DNA of 64,000 nt from NCBI GenBank assembly GCA_002633005.1, contig NMRA01000366.1, positions 184,222 to 248,221 of the forward strand, written 5' to 3'. Under the pieces are notes generated by a model. It was not told the origin of the DNA, made no database searches, and saw nothing but the letters and a program-made list of their open reading frames with translations. Origin of the DNA: Phoronis australis. Lineage: Eukaryota; Animalia; Phoronida. The translations under genes and the position numbers were made by a program. Positions 27,113 through 40,700 of this stretch are shown one piece after another (positions within the stretch are counted from its first letter, which is position 1; each line of letters begins with the position of its first letter).

Positions 27113-29648
27113 ATAAGCTACGTATCTTGTTTCAATGCTTTTTCGAGTACACGTTCAACTGTGCTGCAATCGCCCTGTTAGCAACAAAACAGAGCAGATG
27201 CTAAATTTCGTATTTCATTTTGTTATCTTTCAATAAAAAGAATTTATCAACTCGTTATTTTCGGAGTAATTTCATTCACTGCCAACACCCAAACAGTGTG
27301 CATCTTCATCGACCACATAGCATCTATGTTACTGTTCTACAGTTCATATTATCTTAGTCATCATTTAACTGCCTCCTGACTGAAAGGACTGTATTTTAAT
27401 ATTTCTGGGAGACAATAACCCCGGCTTAACCCAACGACGAGTTCTACACAAAAAAAAACGCGTCACGCGACCTTTGTAGACTGTAAAAATATTGACGTTA
27501 CACTTGCTATGGTCGAAGTCAGCGTATGAATGCGAGTTAGCGGCTGGTTACAATAATATTTCTGGTCTAGTTTAAATATTTTAAGGCTTAGGCTATTCGA
27601 TTGTAAATATCGCGTAAACTATTGGTTTGATGCAAATAGGGTGCCACCACACGCCAGGGTAATGAACTAGCGTTCACTCACTAGCTGCCTGTCGATTTGG
27701 TGCAAGAAACTTGTTAGCGAAATTTAGCCCATTATCACCTGGGCCATCGCCCCCCTTTCATCATCGTGGACCCTTTTACGGAGCGCTGCGTGACGCAACT
27801 TAAGTGACTAAATTCTGCCGCGTATTTACGAGAATCCAGTCTAATCCCATTAAACGTTTCGCCTAAATCTAATCCCTTCCGCGGCCAGCAGTTAATTGAC
27901 TGCATAAATAATATTTCTAAAGGAACTGACAAAGGCCACTAAGTCAAGTCGGCGTTAAATCATTCACGTTCGCGGATTCACTTACGGTTTAACTGGCAAA
28001 ACAATGACCTGGGGGTAAATAGTCATAGTGTGCAGATATTTCATCATTGTCAATATTACTAAAATTACAGAAAAACGTGTAAAATTCACCATTACATTAC
28101 ATTAGATAAGAATATGATGTTTTACTGCATAGCCCAACAAATATATGTACCGGACAGCTATATCTTGGGTTATCGTTTTTCTCTGAGGATGTATTTAGTT
28201 CAAAATTTATATTATATTGCTTTAAAATCAACTTTTTTTCTTAAACGTGTTCAAAAGCGCAAAGTTTCACTTTTGAGAAAAATTATTTTAGCTAAAACTG
28301 ACTCATCAGGTTCCAGTGTTGCAGTTACGTAATTTCAATAATTCATATGTAAACAAGATTTAAAGGAATTTACAGAAATTGTTCTCATAATTATTTGCAG
28401 CATTAAGTGATACCTTTTACCTGTCTCTTGATTTATTGCTAATTTTCTTTCAGTTTTCACCAACGATTTGAAGAAACTAGGCTAAGTTATGTCAATTTGT
28501 TTTCTTTGATGGGTTTTGTAATAAATAGAACTATCGTGAGCTTCTTTAACAGCATTACAAGCGCCTGAAACAGATTCAAAATAGAATAAATATAAGAGAT
28601 TATCGGTTCTCATAACCATACATCTTTACCCACATAGCACCACACACGTAGCTGAAACCGAGTGGGTCCCTTAAAGTTTGTAAATTATGAATTATTCTCA
28701 GCTGGATATGGAGAGCTACTTATGTCGGCTATAGCACGTATTAATATTACCACCTGGGCGGTACCGGCAGTAAAGGGAAACGCTCCCTTTCACAATATCA
28801 TAACCCCTGACGGATAATCCCGCAGTTACAGTAGCTAATATGCGTTCAGACTCCTAAATTTCAAACACCTACATGAAAACTTTCAAGCGAAACGAATCAA
28901 GGTCTTATTGCAACGGGAATCTTATAAAAATGGTCAAAATATCAAGCGTACGAATCTTTGACATTTGTTGTTGTTAATATCGCTGAAGAAATTGATGATA
29001 AATCGTTCGTGCTCTATTTTCGTTCACACGTTTACCGTCAACAATTATGAATGCGCATGCGTCCAGGTACAACTTAACTGCATGGGCCGGTGTGGTAAGC
29101 TCAGATACCAGGTGTTCCTTCGGAGTGTAAACATTGATCGCTTGTTAGACAGGACGTGTAGCTCTTGCTTCCAAGTTTTATCACAACTCTGCTGCCTATT
29201 GAAAAAGGACTCGGGGTAAGACACTTCTAATTTGATACTCATTATTTTTTCGACTTGTGCGAAAGCCTTGCAATCAGTATTTGTGAAGCAGAAGTATAGC
29301 AATTTTACCTCGACAGTGGGAGAAATCCGGGAATGCACGTAAAATTTATCGGTGAAACTTCACACGAGAGAAACTTGGAAAGTTGCGTTAATTATTTACT
29401 CTCAACCTAGAGAATAAGACTAACTACTATCATTCCTTTTCACACCGACTTTGTACAGTTTGTAAAACTGCTACGCCATTTATTCACAACAGTGGAATAA
29501 TGCGAGTTTCAAGAATCGAACGTTTCCCGAAACCTTCAAAAAGTTATAAGAAAATTTTTCTGTCGAATGTCACGTAAAATATTCACATCTCAACATTGGG
29601 TATTTCTCATTTCATTTTAGTTGCTGATCCACGACACTCTACACCACC

Positions 29649-30623
29649 ATGATCGTGGACCCGACTGCCAGGCTCATCGATCACCACGGAAACGAGATGA
29701 CCGACCATTCCTCGTGCATGATGGCCGGCCAACATCAGCATGATCTGGGCCCGTCTCCCCCGCTACACAGTCCGCATCCCGACCACAAGGACTGGCCTAA
29801 CAAGAACCAACTGGACGCCAAGTTAGACTCACTACAGCCTCAGCTAGCTCGACACACAACAGCTCTGTCCCAAGAGAAAAGAAGGTTTGCCGACGTGAAG
29901 CCGCCTTATTCGTACATCGCGCTCATAACAATGGCCCTGGAGAGTTCAGCACACGGTATGATGACTTTGAATGAGATCTATGCCTTTATTATGGACAAAT
30001 TTCCGTACTTCAGAGAGAACCAGCAACGCTGGCAGAACTCAATACGACACAATCTCTCGCTAAACGACTGTTTCATAAAAGTGCCGCGCGCCCCAGGCCG
30101 CCCTGGTAAAGGTAACTACTGGGGTCTTCACCCGGCCTGCGGGGACATGTTTGCCAACGGTAGCTTCTTACGAAGAGCCAAGCGCTTCAAGCTGCAAAAA
30201 ATGAAACGCGATGAACATCACGCGCACATTCAGCACGTAAATTCCTATGGACATTTCACCCTTTTCGGACCTCCACCGGGTGTTCCGTCTGGTTACAAAA
30301 CGTCGCCTTACCCGTCGTTTAACCCACTGGCATTGTCGTCATTTTCATCCCAATCGCAGCAATACTCTAGTCTCGGGTCGCAAGTCAAGTCGGAAGCATG
30401 GAATCAGTCGGTTGCCCCGTCTGCCTACCCTTCACCGTATTACCCCACCGCGAGTGCCATGGCCAATCCTTCCTTGGGATCCTCAGCGCCATATCTCGCC
30501 GGACAAATGCACAGTAATGCGACCCTACCCAGCTACAGTCAACTACCGCAGGCTCACTACGCGAACCAGTATTCGGCACACTCACAGTTAAGGCTTCCTA
30601 CGGGCATGTCACAAACTGTATAG
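29649..30623 (+). CDS. FoxAB: Forkhead box transcription factor, FoxAB class (324 aa, single coding exon)
   Basis: Forkhead domain [35 protein letters not shown]...[56 protein letters not shown]; [19 protein letters not shown] and LRRAKRFK are FoxAB-type as I recall them. Kozak CACCACCATG; in-frame TGA at 29625 fixes the start. Acceptor cattttag| at 29620 suggests a 5'UTR intron (possible donor at 29216). Confidence 0.9.
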   Translation: MIVDPTARLIDHHGNEMTDHSSCMMAGQHQHDLGPSPPLHSPHPDHKDWPNKNQLDAKLDSLQPQLARHTTALSQEKRRFADVKPPYSYIALITMALESSAHGMMTLNEIYAFIMDKFPYFRENQQRWQNSIRHNLSLNDCFIKVPRAPGRPGKGNYWGLHPACGDMFANGSFLRRAKRFKLQKMKRDEHHAHIQHVNSYGHFTLFGPPPGVPSGYKTSPYPSFNPLALSSFSSQSQQYSSLGSQVKSEAWNQSVAPSAYPSPYYPTASAMANPSLGSSAPYLAGQMHSNATLPSYSQLPQAHYANQYSAHSQLRLPTGMSQTV

Positions 30624-31594
30624 TCGTGCGGACAGTCTTCTTGAGATGTGGTGTGCCTACGCATGACGTTAACAGTGACGTCAATGACAAGCATTGTACT
30701 AAAGCCGAACAAAATGATTTCGAGTCGAAGTATTTGTTTCGTAATTCTGGAAAAACTAAGTTATTTTGCGATTACTTCGGGGTTGTACACCTCCGTGAAT
30801 TTCCAATTACACGTTGGCTTATTTTACTGTTTGTTGATTTGGACGCGGTTATTAAGTTCAAAATACTTCAGTTTCAAATTTTATGTATTTTCTCTTGTGA
30901 AGTGTTCTCGGCGCGCGCTCATGTAACATATTATTTTATATTTTCTATCAAATGGGCAAATATTTTCTCTACAATATTTTTGTTATTTTTACCATTCTTT
31001 GTGAACATTACTGAACTTTTTGTAAGCCAATAAGATTGTTTACAATCCATTGTGAGAATACAATAGAAACATTATTCGCACTGCAGTGGAGTGTACAGAG
31101 ATAATAGTAATTTTACTCCCATTGTTCATTAGGAAATACCACCAGTAATACGATCTAGTGAAGCGTGTGATATAGACGACCGAGACAATCGTACAATTTT
31201 CCAGTGATAATCTGATAAAATTTGTCATGTACAGGTGCGCGTTTCAAGCAATTTTCCTCAAAGAAAAGAATGATATAAGCTGCGGTTTAAAGGGTATTGC
31301 GCGTTCTTAAAAAGAGCATTGTAAGTCAGTGAAGACCATCAAGACGAAGCAAAGTGAAATAACTTGGGTTTCTTAATTTTATATGTATAGTGCATTGTAC
31401 CAGAAATATTTTCTTCAAATCACGGTGACAAGAATTGTGTTCTTTTCTGGATGGTCTTTTTAAAACCACATTTTATTGTTATCGAGGAGCGGCACTGTTC
31501 GACATAATTGGATTGTGTCTGAAGCGAAATTGTGTTATTGCAAAAATGCAGATGTGAATGAGAGCGAGTGTGCAAGAGTTGTCGAGATGAGAAA

Positions 31595-31815
31595 CATGCG
31601 CGCACCCAGCCTAAAAATGGGAGGCTCGATTGAGAATGTGGACCTTTTACTAGAAAATAACGGGCTACATTCAGAGCTATGAATTGTGTATTCAATGAAT
31701 TTTGGTAGTACCTACCTTTTTAGTGGACTTTTGTATCGTTTTCTATTTTTTCGGACTTTTTGTTTCTCTGAGGCGGACTCTTTTGCCCACTTCGCCCCCC
31801 CTGGGTGTGCGCATG
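31595..31815. mobile_element. 221-bp MITE with 15-bp TIR and 5-bp TSD
   Basis: agaaa-CATGCGCGCACCCAG ... CTGGGTGTGCGCATG-agaaa (1 mismatch in TIR). Confidence 0.8.
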
Positions 31816-32265
31816 AGAAACGATGCTCGTTACCGGGCCCCGTTGCTGCCAATGTAAAAAAGCTTGTAGACGTAGGTACACGTGTCAAGATACAGCGACT
31901 GTTTATTTATGTTCCAACTCGTACTATTTATACTTAGCTTATGCCATTTACCGAAAATAAAAGACAAACAAATTTGCCTCGCATTTTGCCCTGCTTTAAC
32001 ACAGTAATTTGCGCAAAATATTTTGTATTTCTTCAGCAAATGCTCCTCTTGAGTCAGGAGAAAAGTGAGATCTCTGGGAGTCCCGCAACCTGCATTTATT
32101 CTAACATTGAAATAGTTTGTCTAGGACGTTGATTTCAGTTGTCATACTCCGAATTACAAGTAAAACATCACGAAAAAACACATTTAATGTCAATGATAAG
32201 TCTTGATGATTCAAACAATGCCAAGTGTCATTGTGTAAGGCCTTATTTCAGAGCAAATGTCAAAT

Positions 32266-32605
32266 TATCATTAGTTATTGTTACTGTCATCACCATCATT
32301 CTTGTCATTTTCATTATTATTATCATTATTATTATTACTCTTATTAGTATCACCAAAATCATTATTACAATGCAATTATAATCAATACTTTTATTTTAAA
32401 ACATGAACTCTGCTGGGGGCATTGCTTAAATCATCAGGAATTCTCATTGTTATTTAATGTAGGCTGTTACAATACTAATGACGATAATGATGATGATGAT
32501 AATAATAACAATAATAATAACAATAACAACAACAATATTAATAATAATAATAACGACATCAGCAACAACAATATTATAATTAGCAGTGGTAGTAGTAGTA
32601 ACAAC
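32266..32605. repeat. Low-complexity (ATT/ATC) and (AAT/AAC/GAT) tracts
   Basis: Trinucleotide runs giving poly-I and poly-N ORFs. Confidence 0.85.
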
Positions 32606-32873
32606 CTACACAGCTTTCAACAAGCCACCTTTCGGCTAGTAGTATTCTGTCTTGGCGTTTTTGAGTTTCAACTCTAAGTAGCATTGCTTGGCAGATTTCC
32701 GTTCTATAAACCGAGTCGTTTGTTTGCCATTCTCGTGCGAACAAAGCACGCGAGCAACATCTCTCGCACCCACTTCCAAAACCAAGATGTAACAGTGGAG
32801 TTGGGCTCAAGCGCGAAGTCTGGACCACGGAAATGAACTTGAACTCTTAGTGCTGTTGTGGAGAGCGAGTACA

Positions 32874-32891
32874 TTTCTGGGGCACCCTGTA
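32874..32891 (-). mobile_element. Isolated Tc1/mariner-like terminus
   Basis: Reverse complement TA-CAGGGTGCCCCAGAAA resembles mariner-type TIR starts with a TA target; no partner end found. Confidence 0.4.
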
Positions 32892-35800
32892 TATATCTAC
32901 TAAAACGTTACGATGCATGTTTTTGAGGGCTATTTGACTCAAATGGTAAAATAGAAAAAATACAGGTTCGTTTCTGCTTTTCACGAATTTGCCTCACACA
33001 TCGGAAACTAAAAAAAGCAATAAAATGCAATCCTAGATACGAATATCAGCCCAAGAGTGTCCTTTATTAATTGTTTGAGTCCAGTTTCCTTGTGCTCACA
33101 CGGCAAACGGGTAATTAAATGGGAAAGATATAAAGTAAATTTGGATAAAACACAGTGTGAACGTAGCTTAAAACATAGCATCTGATTATAAAACAGATTT
33201 GAGGTTTGAACACTTGTCAATGCATTGCGGCCTTTCCCCGTTCAGTCGATATTTCATTCACGTCACAAAAAACAATTACAGAACTTGTTGTGGTGCAGCC
33301 GGGAGGAGTACGCGTTTAAGTACACACGTTTTTGTTATTTGTCAATAGACTCCCTATTCACAAATAATCATTTACGATTTTCCGATTTCCTATCCCTAGG
33401 CACGGTTCTAAGAATCAGTCAATATATTGTTGTGTCGGCTGACCTCTCGCTTGCCAAGAAATCAAAGCATTTCTCCCCTTTCATAAGACTTGTTAATGGT
33501 AAATTAATTGTCAGGTAGTTTGTAATACACAAATCAGATGTATTGTTTTCACCGGGGGGTGAGATAACCATTGAGACTTTTGTCAAACCATCGGATGAGG
33601 TCAGCAAATGGGGGTTGCATCACTTGAAGCAAACTTGTTTCAGGAGACCGAGCATTAGAGAATCGTACACTGTGACGATCCTTATATCATAATCTATGAA
33701 AAAATAAATTTGTTTCTTTCAAACACAACATTTTTTGCCCAATAACTTTAACTGGTGATAGCCTCTACTGAGATACTCGCTCTTCATTTGTGGTGTTTTA
33801 TATTGTAGCGATTGTTTTTTCTCAAATGACCTGGAATGTGTTACGACACGATTGGTAAGAGTACGTAATTTTTGATATTACACGGGCAAAGTAGAAATCT
33901 ATACGCATTACATTTTATCGTCTGCAAGATACTAATACCAACAACCAAACATTGCCAAATTCCGTGACGGTGACAAGGTTATGATTGACAAATCGAGTGT
34001 CGCAACCGTTCGTACTCCCAGTCGGAAGGACATGCAAACAACTTCTTAAACGGACCCATCTCCGGCGGCAAATTCCATAACCACGTTCATGCGGGTCAAG
34101 CTATACAAATATAACTGGACCCATCACGACGGGTATAGTTATATATATATATATATGTGTGTATATATATATATACACATATATAAAGATAGACCCATCC
34201 CGACTTTGGTGTACCCAGTTACAAACAGAGACTTGGCTGATCAACCTTTACTAACAGGTGTGCCCACCTATAATCATATTTTATGTAGAAACACAAGTAT
34301 TTATGTGGGTGTCCCCACTTTTGTCCATGAAAATCAAACTTCTATTAGATAAGAAAAGTTTAAATTAAATAAGAAGCTGTTTTGAAAGTTTTAGACACGT
34401 CGAGATTTTGGCAAAAAGATCGTTTTTATAAGAAACAAATCCTGCACTCGTCTCAAGCCTCGTGATTTTGACGAAATTTCCAAGAGGTTTTGCCCATATC
34501 ATAAACCTGAGACTCGTGTAGGATGGTGTAATCATGATTTCGTCGGAAGATGCAAATCTCGTTGTTAGCTTTTTGAACCTCTTAACAAGAGAACCACGAT
34601 TGATCAAGAGGCATGTTTATGTAATCAATTAGCAAATACAGTCGAATTTTTAGCACACGACGAAGCAATCAATAATGTTATACTTAAAAGGGATATCCAT
34701 CAAAGAATGTCAATTTCAAGGTAATCAATATTGCTTATTGTTTAAAGTTACTCACATCCAATATACTGTACGATGTTGAGGTTTCATAGAATCTTTATGA
34801 ATACGTTCACGTAAGGGTGACGGCCTGCTGGAAGTATTTCGCCAGAGCATGATAACACGTGACGCAACAGGTTAACTTTATAAAAAAAACAACACATCAA
34901 ATATCTTCGCTCCATCTCGAGATGGGATCTTCATTCAGTTGAAAACGGGCAGCTAGGTAGTTCCTTGCAAACGGTTATGCAAGTAGAGGGGTTTCTAGTT
35001 GTTATGTTTTTCCAATGCGCACTTACATTGCATTTTCATTTCTTGGGAGTCGAGTTGGCACTAGGGGGCTGACCGTGCACGAATTAGCCTATCTACTAAT
35101 TTAAATTATGTCTTTATCATGTTGGTAGATGTGGCCGCTGATCGCTTCTCATGCTACCATGAACTACCAACGTGCTCTCTGCACACGGCACCGGACTAAG
35201 TTCCAGAACTGTTTACTCGGCGCGAGTTTATCCAAACAGAGGCTCCGGGGAATCCTCTGCAGTCACTATATCTCAAGTTGTCTCGGTACAATTGGACAAT
35301 GAAGCTGGACAATTCCATTGGCTACAACCTGTTGTGGGGGTCTTTGAGTCGAGATTAAAACGGAATCAAACCGAAAAAGGGAATAACACTCCTATAATAA
35401 GTTAGAGCAAACAGGGCAGGTTATCCCGTCACTAGTCAATATTTACACACGGCTCACGGAAGTCAGGTAGCATTCATTGACCATTTAAATGACCATTGGC
35501 CTCTCAATACTGTCCCTAACACCTCATCTATGGCCCCAGGGCACAATGACTATTCCAGCACTTGAAGCTGACACTCATGAAAAAGACTAAGAAACTCGAG
35601 AAGTCGATGCTTTATTGTTGCAAAAACCTATGCGGACAACTTCTGAATATCAACTGTTGTATGTATGAATGAAGTCTATTGAAGACAGAGTTGAATCATT
35701 CGCACCAAGACGCACCACTAAAAGGAAGCATTTCGTTAGTAAGTTACAAACTAATGGAATTTGCGTTTTTTCACCACTGAAGGGGATGTAACATGAAACT

Positions 35801-36909
35801 TGCAGTTGTTCAAGTTTGTCCGATGCTCCTCCAGACATTCAAAAATTAAAATATAAAACTTCACGATAAATTCGTTATCTATGAAAAAAAATGATATCAC
35901 GCCGAACTTAGTGGACCTCCGCCGTTTTTGAAAAAATCCTTTACCAAAATGCGAGCGTTAGAATTAGTTTTACATTTTGCATGTAGCATTTACTACTCAT
36001 GAAACAGAACTGATGGCTTACTTAAAGTCTAATACCTGACTTATTGGAATATTTAGGATATTGTCTCCAGAAAGGAATTAATCAACGACACTGCACTTGG
36101 CGAGACCCGTACATGTTGCTGCTGATTAATTAAAACAGAGCAAGGCCTGGTGAAAAGGTTAATGTACATGGACATTGGTGATAGCCGGGTGAGAAAGAAA
36201 GTTTCCGACCTTGACACCTTATTGAGTTCACTGCATAGACAAACCTGCATGGCGTGGATAATAGCTCAAACCAATGGTCGGTAAAACTTGGTATCTGTTT
36301 GACGTTGAAAATTGCTGCGATGGGGTATTTTAAGGCGTGGCTTTAAATACGACATTCAAGAGCATAGTTGACTCCGTGTTACGAGATATAAAAAGATATA
36401 TTATTGTTCCTCAGACAAGCTCAAAGGCAAATCACTCATCTGGGCCCAGTTGCATAAAAGTTACACGCGGCACCGCTTCAATGACGTCGCATTACCACGC
36501 GCCACGTTATTAATTGTCGAACAATGCACCGTGATGTCATGCACCAATCAAACTTATCCAGCGGATAATTTTGAAGTTTTATGCAACCCCCAGTTGTTTC
36601 ACGCATTGCAACCATTAAGTATCGCCATAAATTATAGTTCGAACTAATATACTGCATAAACTTAATGTTTAAAAGTCTTAAGTAATAGTAAATACTTGGA
36701 TCGTCATTACTTAGTGCACGTCCATAGGTCACTACATTGGAACTTTTATAGTGTAGGCCAGTGACGTCACCAAGATGGTTTTATTACCAAATTCTTTTAA
36801 TCTGATCTCTTCACAGAGAGGGATGCCAAAACGCCACGGACGTGCTCAATAACGCTAGTTACACTCGAGACTGAATGAATTCCCGGGGACTGAAAGGTGC
36901 AGAGACCAG

Positions 36910-37151
36910 GGGTCCATTCCAAGAAACTCATTTAAATTCATTTCTTACTTAAGTCTAAGAATTGTCTCAACCAACAAACAAGTTTGAAACTTCCACATCC
37001 GGTAGGTTTACCAAAATTAACTGACAAAACTTCAGTCAATAACTTAAGATCACTTTCTTGGAACGGACTTAATGCAAATTTAAGTTTTATTTTAAAATTG
37101 ACTTAAATTCAAGATTTGTCTTAGCTAAGTCAATTTTCTTGGAACGGGCCC
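36910..37151. mobile_element. PIF/Harbinger-like MITE (~240 bp)
   Basis: TIRs GGGTCCATTCCAAGAAA / TTTCTTGGAACGGGCCC, flanked by cag / tag (3-bp TSD-like); second partial copy at 4340. Confidence 0.75.
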
Positions 37152-37529
37152 TAGTGCTCCACTTGTAACACATAGCGCTACCTAGCGAAGGCTTAAGCAA
37201 CCTCTTCGGATTCTTGCATGGTAGTTCACTTCTAAAACTGATGTTCTGTAGACAGCAATAGTCATTCGACCAACAGCGCTGAGAGTTAACGCCGGCACGA
37301 GATAAGTAGCCGGCGACTATGTTTTTGATGGAGGGGATACGCGGAAGAAGGATACCCACCCATTAACACAGTAGATTAGTAAAAAGGGCCCATATATAGG
37401 GAGCTTACGTGAAAGTCACCAGCGGTAGTTATCTTCCAGAAACCCCAAATCCGTAGAGTTTTACGCCACACAAACAGTATAAACAAGTAATTGCAGACCG
37501 TCTGATACGCGTTGTACCAGACGTGCGCA

Positions 37530-37717
37530 GGCCGCGCATGTAGGCCCATTCCACTGATCACCTGGACCCATTTTTGTGCTTTATTAATGTATACGTAAAG
37601 CCGAGCTGCGAGGAGCTAAAGACCTGACTCAAGGGTTTAGCAGTGTGGCCCAGTGGGACTCGAACCCACGACCTCGAGTAAAGAAAGCGTGTACCTATCG
37701 CACTAGGCCACACTGCC
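37530..37717 (-). mobile_element. tRNA-derived SINE
   Basis: Minus strand GGCAGTGTGGCCTAGTGCG (A box)...GGTTCGAGTCCC (B box), followed by a non-tRNA body (acccttgag...aaaatgggtccagg); no proper anticodon arm. The 3' end is approximate. Confidence 0.7.
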
Positions 37718-40700
37718 TCGATCCTCCCACACACCTAACCGTTTAGTAGAAATCCTTGAACAGCTATCTTATTTTAGATTATCTAGGACAGTATTGACAA
37801 GTATGTGTATTCAGCAAAATGTCTACACAACTGTAGAATTTGTCTCGACAAAAGAATATAATTTCTGAAAGTAGACATTCCGTAGAATTTGACTGTTGAC
37901 CTTATACCACTCTGCCATTAATAAGATCACGTGATCGTGCTTTTTAAAAAAAAATTAGCAATAAAAGAAAGGTATATTCATGGCCAAAGAACAGGAGCCC
38001 CCAACACCCAGTACACTACGTATATAGGAGTATCCTCCGAGGGTTAACGCCATAGGCTGAAGTGATGAATAATTGTCAAACATTGGTCTCCGCTAATCTT
38101 GACAAAAAGGCGAAAAGTACCAGATTGCTGTTAAACAATTTATTCCCTGGACATATCAAAAGTAAGACTCCAAGCAAACGTCACAGCAAGTACATTATTA
38201 TATGAAAATAATTCAACTGCACAATCAGTGATTAGAAAGCCGGATATTCTTCAATGAACATAAAATAAATATAACGAAAAACAAAAGCAGCAGCTCATGG
38301 ATTGTACAGACAAAAACTAAATTCATTTTAAACTTGCTCAGTGATGACAGACAGGTGTCAATTAATTTGCAAACTACATCTAGAACATTCCCCAGGAAAA
38401 ATAGTACAAAAATGTAGTCAAATCCTACAACCAATGGAGTAGCATGCCAATGCATGCATTTAGAACACGTTTAGTATGAGTGTGTTGTACCTAGGTAGAC
38501 AGTGTACAGTGAAGCATGGTTCTTTTAATATTCCATCTTCAGTAGCTAACATCTTCCTCAGTCAGTGATATTGAATTTTACCACCAGGTGACGTGCAAAG
38601 CAATGAGTTGTTTCCTAGACTGAGACAGACACCAGGCATTCACACCGTTAGACAACTGTTTGACTCACGAAGACTTCCTAATATTTCTCTTATAATGCAC
38701 TGTTTTGCTGTCAAGGAGCACTACATTTGTGGAATACTAACAAGAACTAAGCCTAACTAAGACTGTGTCTTCACATAAAATTACAGTCGTTGTGCAGTTA
38801 CACCACTTATGAAAAGTCACCGTTTGGCATATTTAAACTGAAACGTTTTTCTTTAGAAAATGCATTTCTATCATGTGAGTATAACTGTGTTCGCTTAAGC
38901 GGATTCACTTGCTCTTTCGGACACGAAACGACTTAAGGTTATTTCATAGTGTGGATTATGATGACAATTGCACGACTACATGTACACCAAACAAGAACTG
39001 GCATAAAAACAATCCAGATATTTGGTAGGTATCAGACATAGAACCATGCAGAGATACAAAAGAAGGCAGTGCATAATAATTTGTCTAGCAGAGCATCTCC
39101 ATTTGAACGTCAGAGCAAGCTAAATCATTCAACTTAGATAATTCCTATCTTCCTATTAAGTTTAAATAATGTGCTCCCATTACCATGGCATTTTGCCTTT
39201 TATTTCTAAGCAAAGTCAGCATAGGCACTGGCAAAGCAACCATGCTTTAGTTAAAAGAAAATTTGATTTATCACGATGAACTTAAAACAAAAGTTTCAGC
39301 AGAGAGCGTATTTCAAACAACACCTGTCTGCAAAATCTAACTTTCACTAGTTGCGTTTGGAAAACTGAATATACTAAACTACACAGCAACTGTTGTACAG
39401 TGTACTTTTAAAAATTGCATTGATGGTTGTTCGAAGCTGTTCAAGACACCGTTCTCACTTACACAATGTCTATGTTTCCCACGAGTTTCCAGAATAAAAT
39501 GCCTATTTTTCAAGAATTATTTTTCTCACAAAAATAAATAAACAGTATGTTACCCAGAACTTACAGATGCATAAGGCAAGGATGGGTAGTATAGGCTACC
39601 CCTGCCATTATCAAAAAATACCAAAATAACTAAAAAACTGTAGATTTTAAGACTCAGTAAAAGTGCATATTTTCTGAAAGTGGAAAGCCTGTTGGTTTTT
39701 TAACTTTTTACTAATCTGTTAATAAATATTTTTTGTAAACTTTAGGAAATAAGAAAGGTATATCCAAAACAACCTATCAACAACGTCTTGACCAAATTTC
39801 AGTTGTTCAAAGAGGAAATCTCAAAAATGCTTTCTAAACATCATTTCGTTTCCTTTTTATGATGGGTAAAAACCATCGACTTCTATTTTTTGAAAGCCCC
39901 TCCTGAAAACAGTTCCTAACAGCGTTTTGACGACCAGGGTACAAAGTGTAGCATTACTGAGACATGACTTCAGAAGTCTAAATTGAAGATTGAACTAAAA
40001 ATGAGGACTTACACAGAACTATATGTAACAATGGATGTATGTTAATGAGTATTGCCAAGGATAGTGCGGGAATGTGAGAACTCACAATATGACTTGGAAA
40101 TGAGGGGCTTACCTTTCTTATGAATTTTTTGCACGAGTGTTTATACATTTTGTCCTTTCTCATGTTTCCCATGAAGACCCGGAACATGAATAATGATATA
40201 GAGACAGCACACGAGATCAATAAGATGCAGCCAATCAGCATGCCCGTCGCTGAAAGTAAAGCTCCTAATAACTTTAACACGCATTACGAGCACCACCAAT
40301 CACAACAGGTCTTCACGAACTATTACAGCTTCCATTTTCCCCTCTGACCAGCCACCAGCCGAAGATTCTGCCCACCCTGCCTGCCCCATTGTTGCCTGTG
40401 GCTCGATGGTTGCCATTTTAGTTTTCTGTCGCCCGATGTCACCTTGGGCCCAATGTGAAAACAACCAATCTTGAGTTCTTCTGTCACAACCAAGAAGGCC
40501 TTAAACATGCATTGGATAAAAACGTAAGAAACCAAAACATCCTGCTATTGAATTTCTATAGTTATCTACAGTACAGGTAAAAAATAACTGGATAATTTTA
40601 TCTTCAAATAATTACGAGTCATTCCAGAAACTCAAACAGTGATGCCAACTCTGGGTCAATGGTCTCCACTGAAGTAATTGACCTATCGCCAGGATTTTGA

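Noticed and set aside
30247-31033. ORFs overlapping or following FoxAB
   Set aside because: Alternative-frame and 3'UTR ORFs with no recognisable motifs.
37640-37717. Functional tRNA gene
   Set aside because: A and B boxes are present but there is no canonical anticodon arm or acceptor pairing, and it continues into a SINE-like body.
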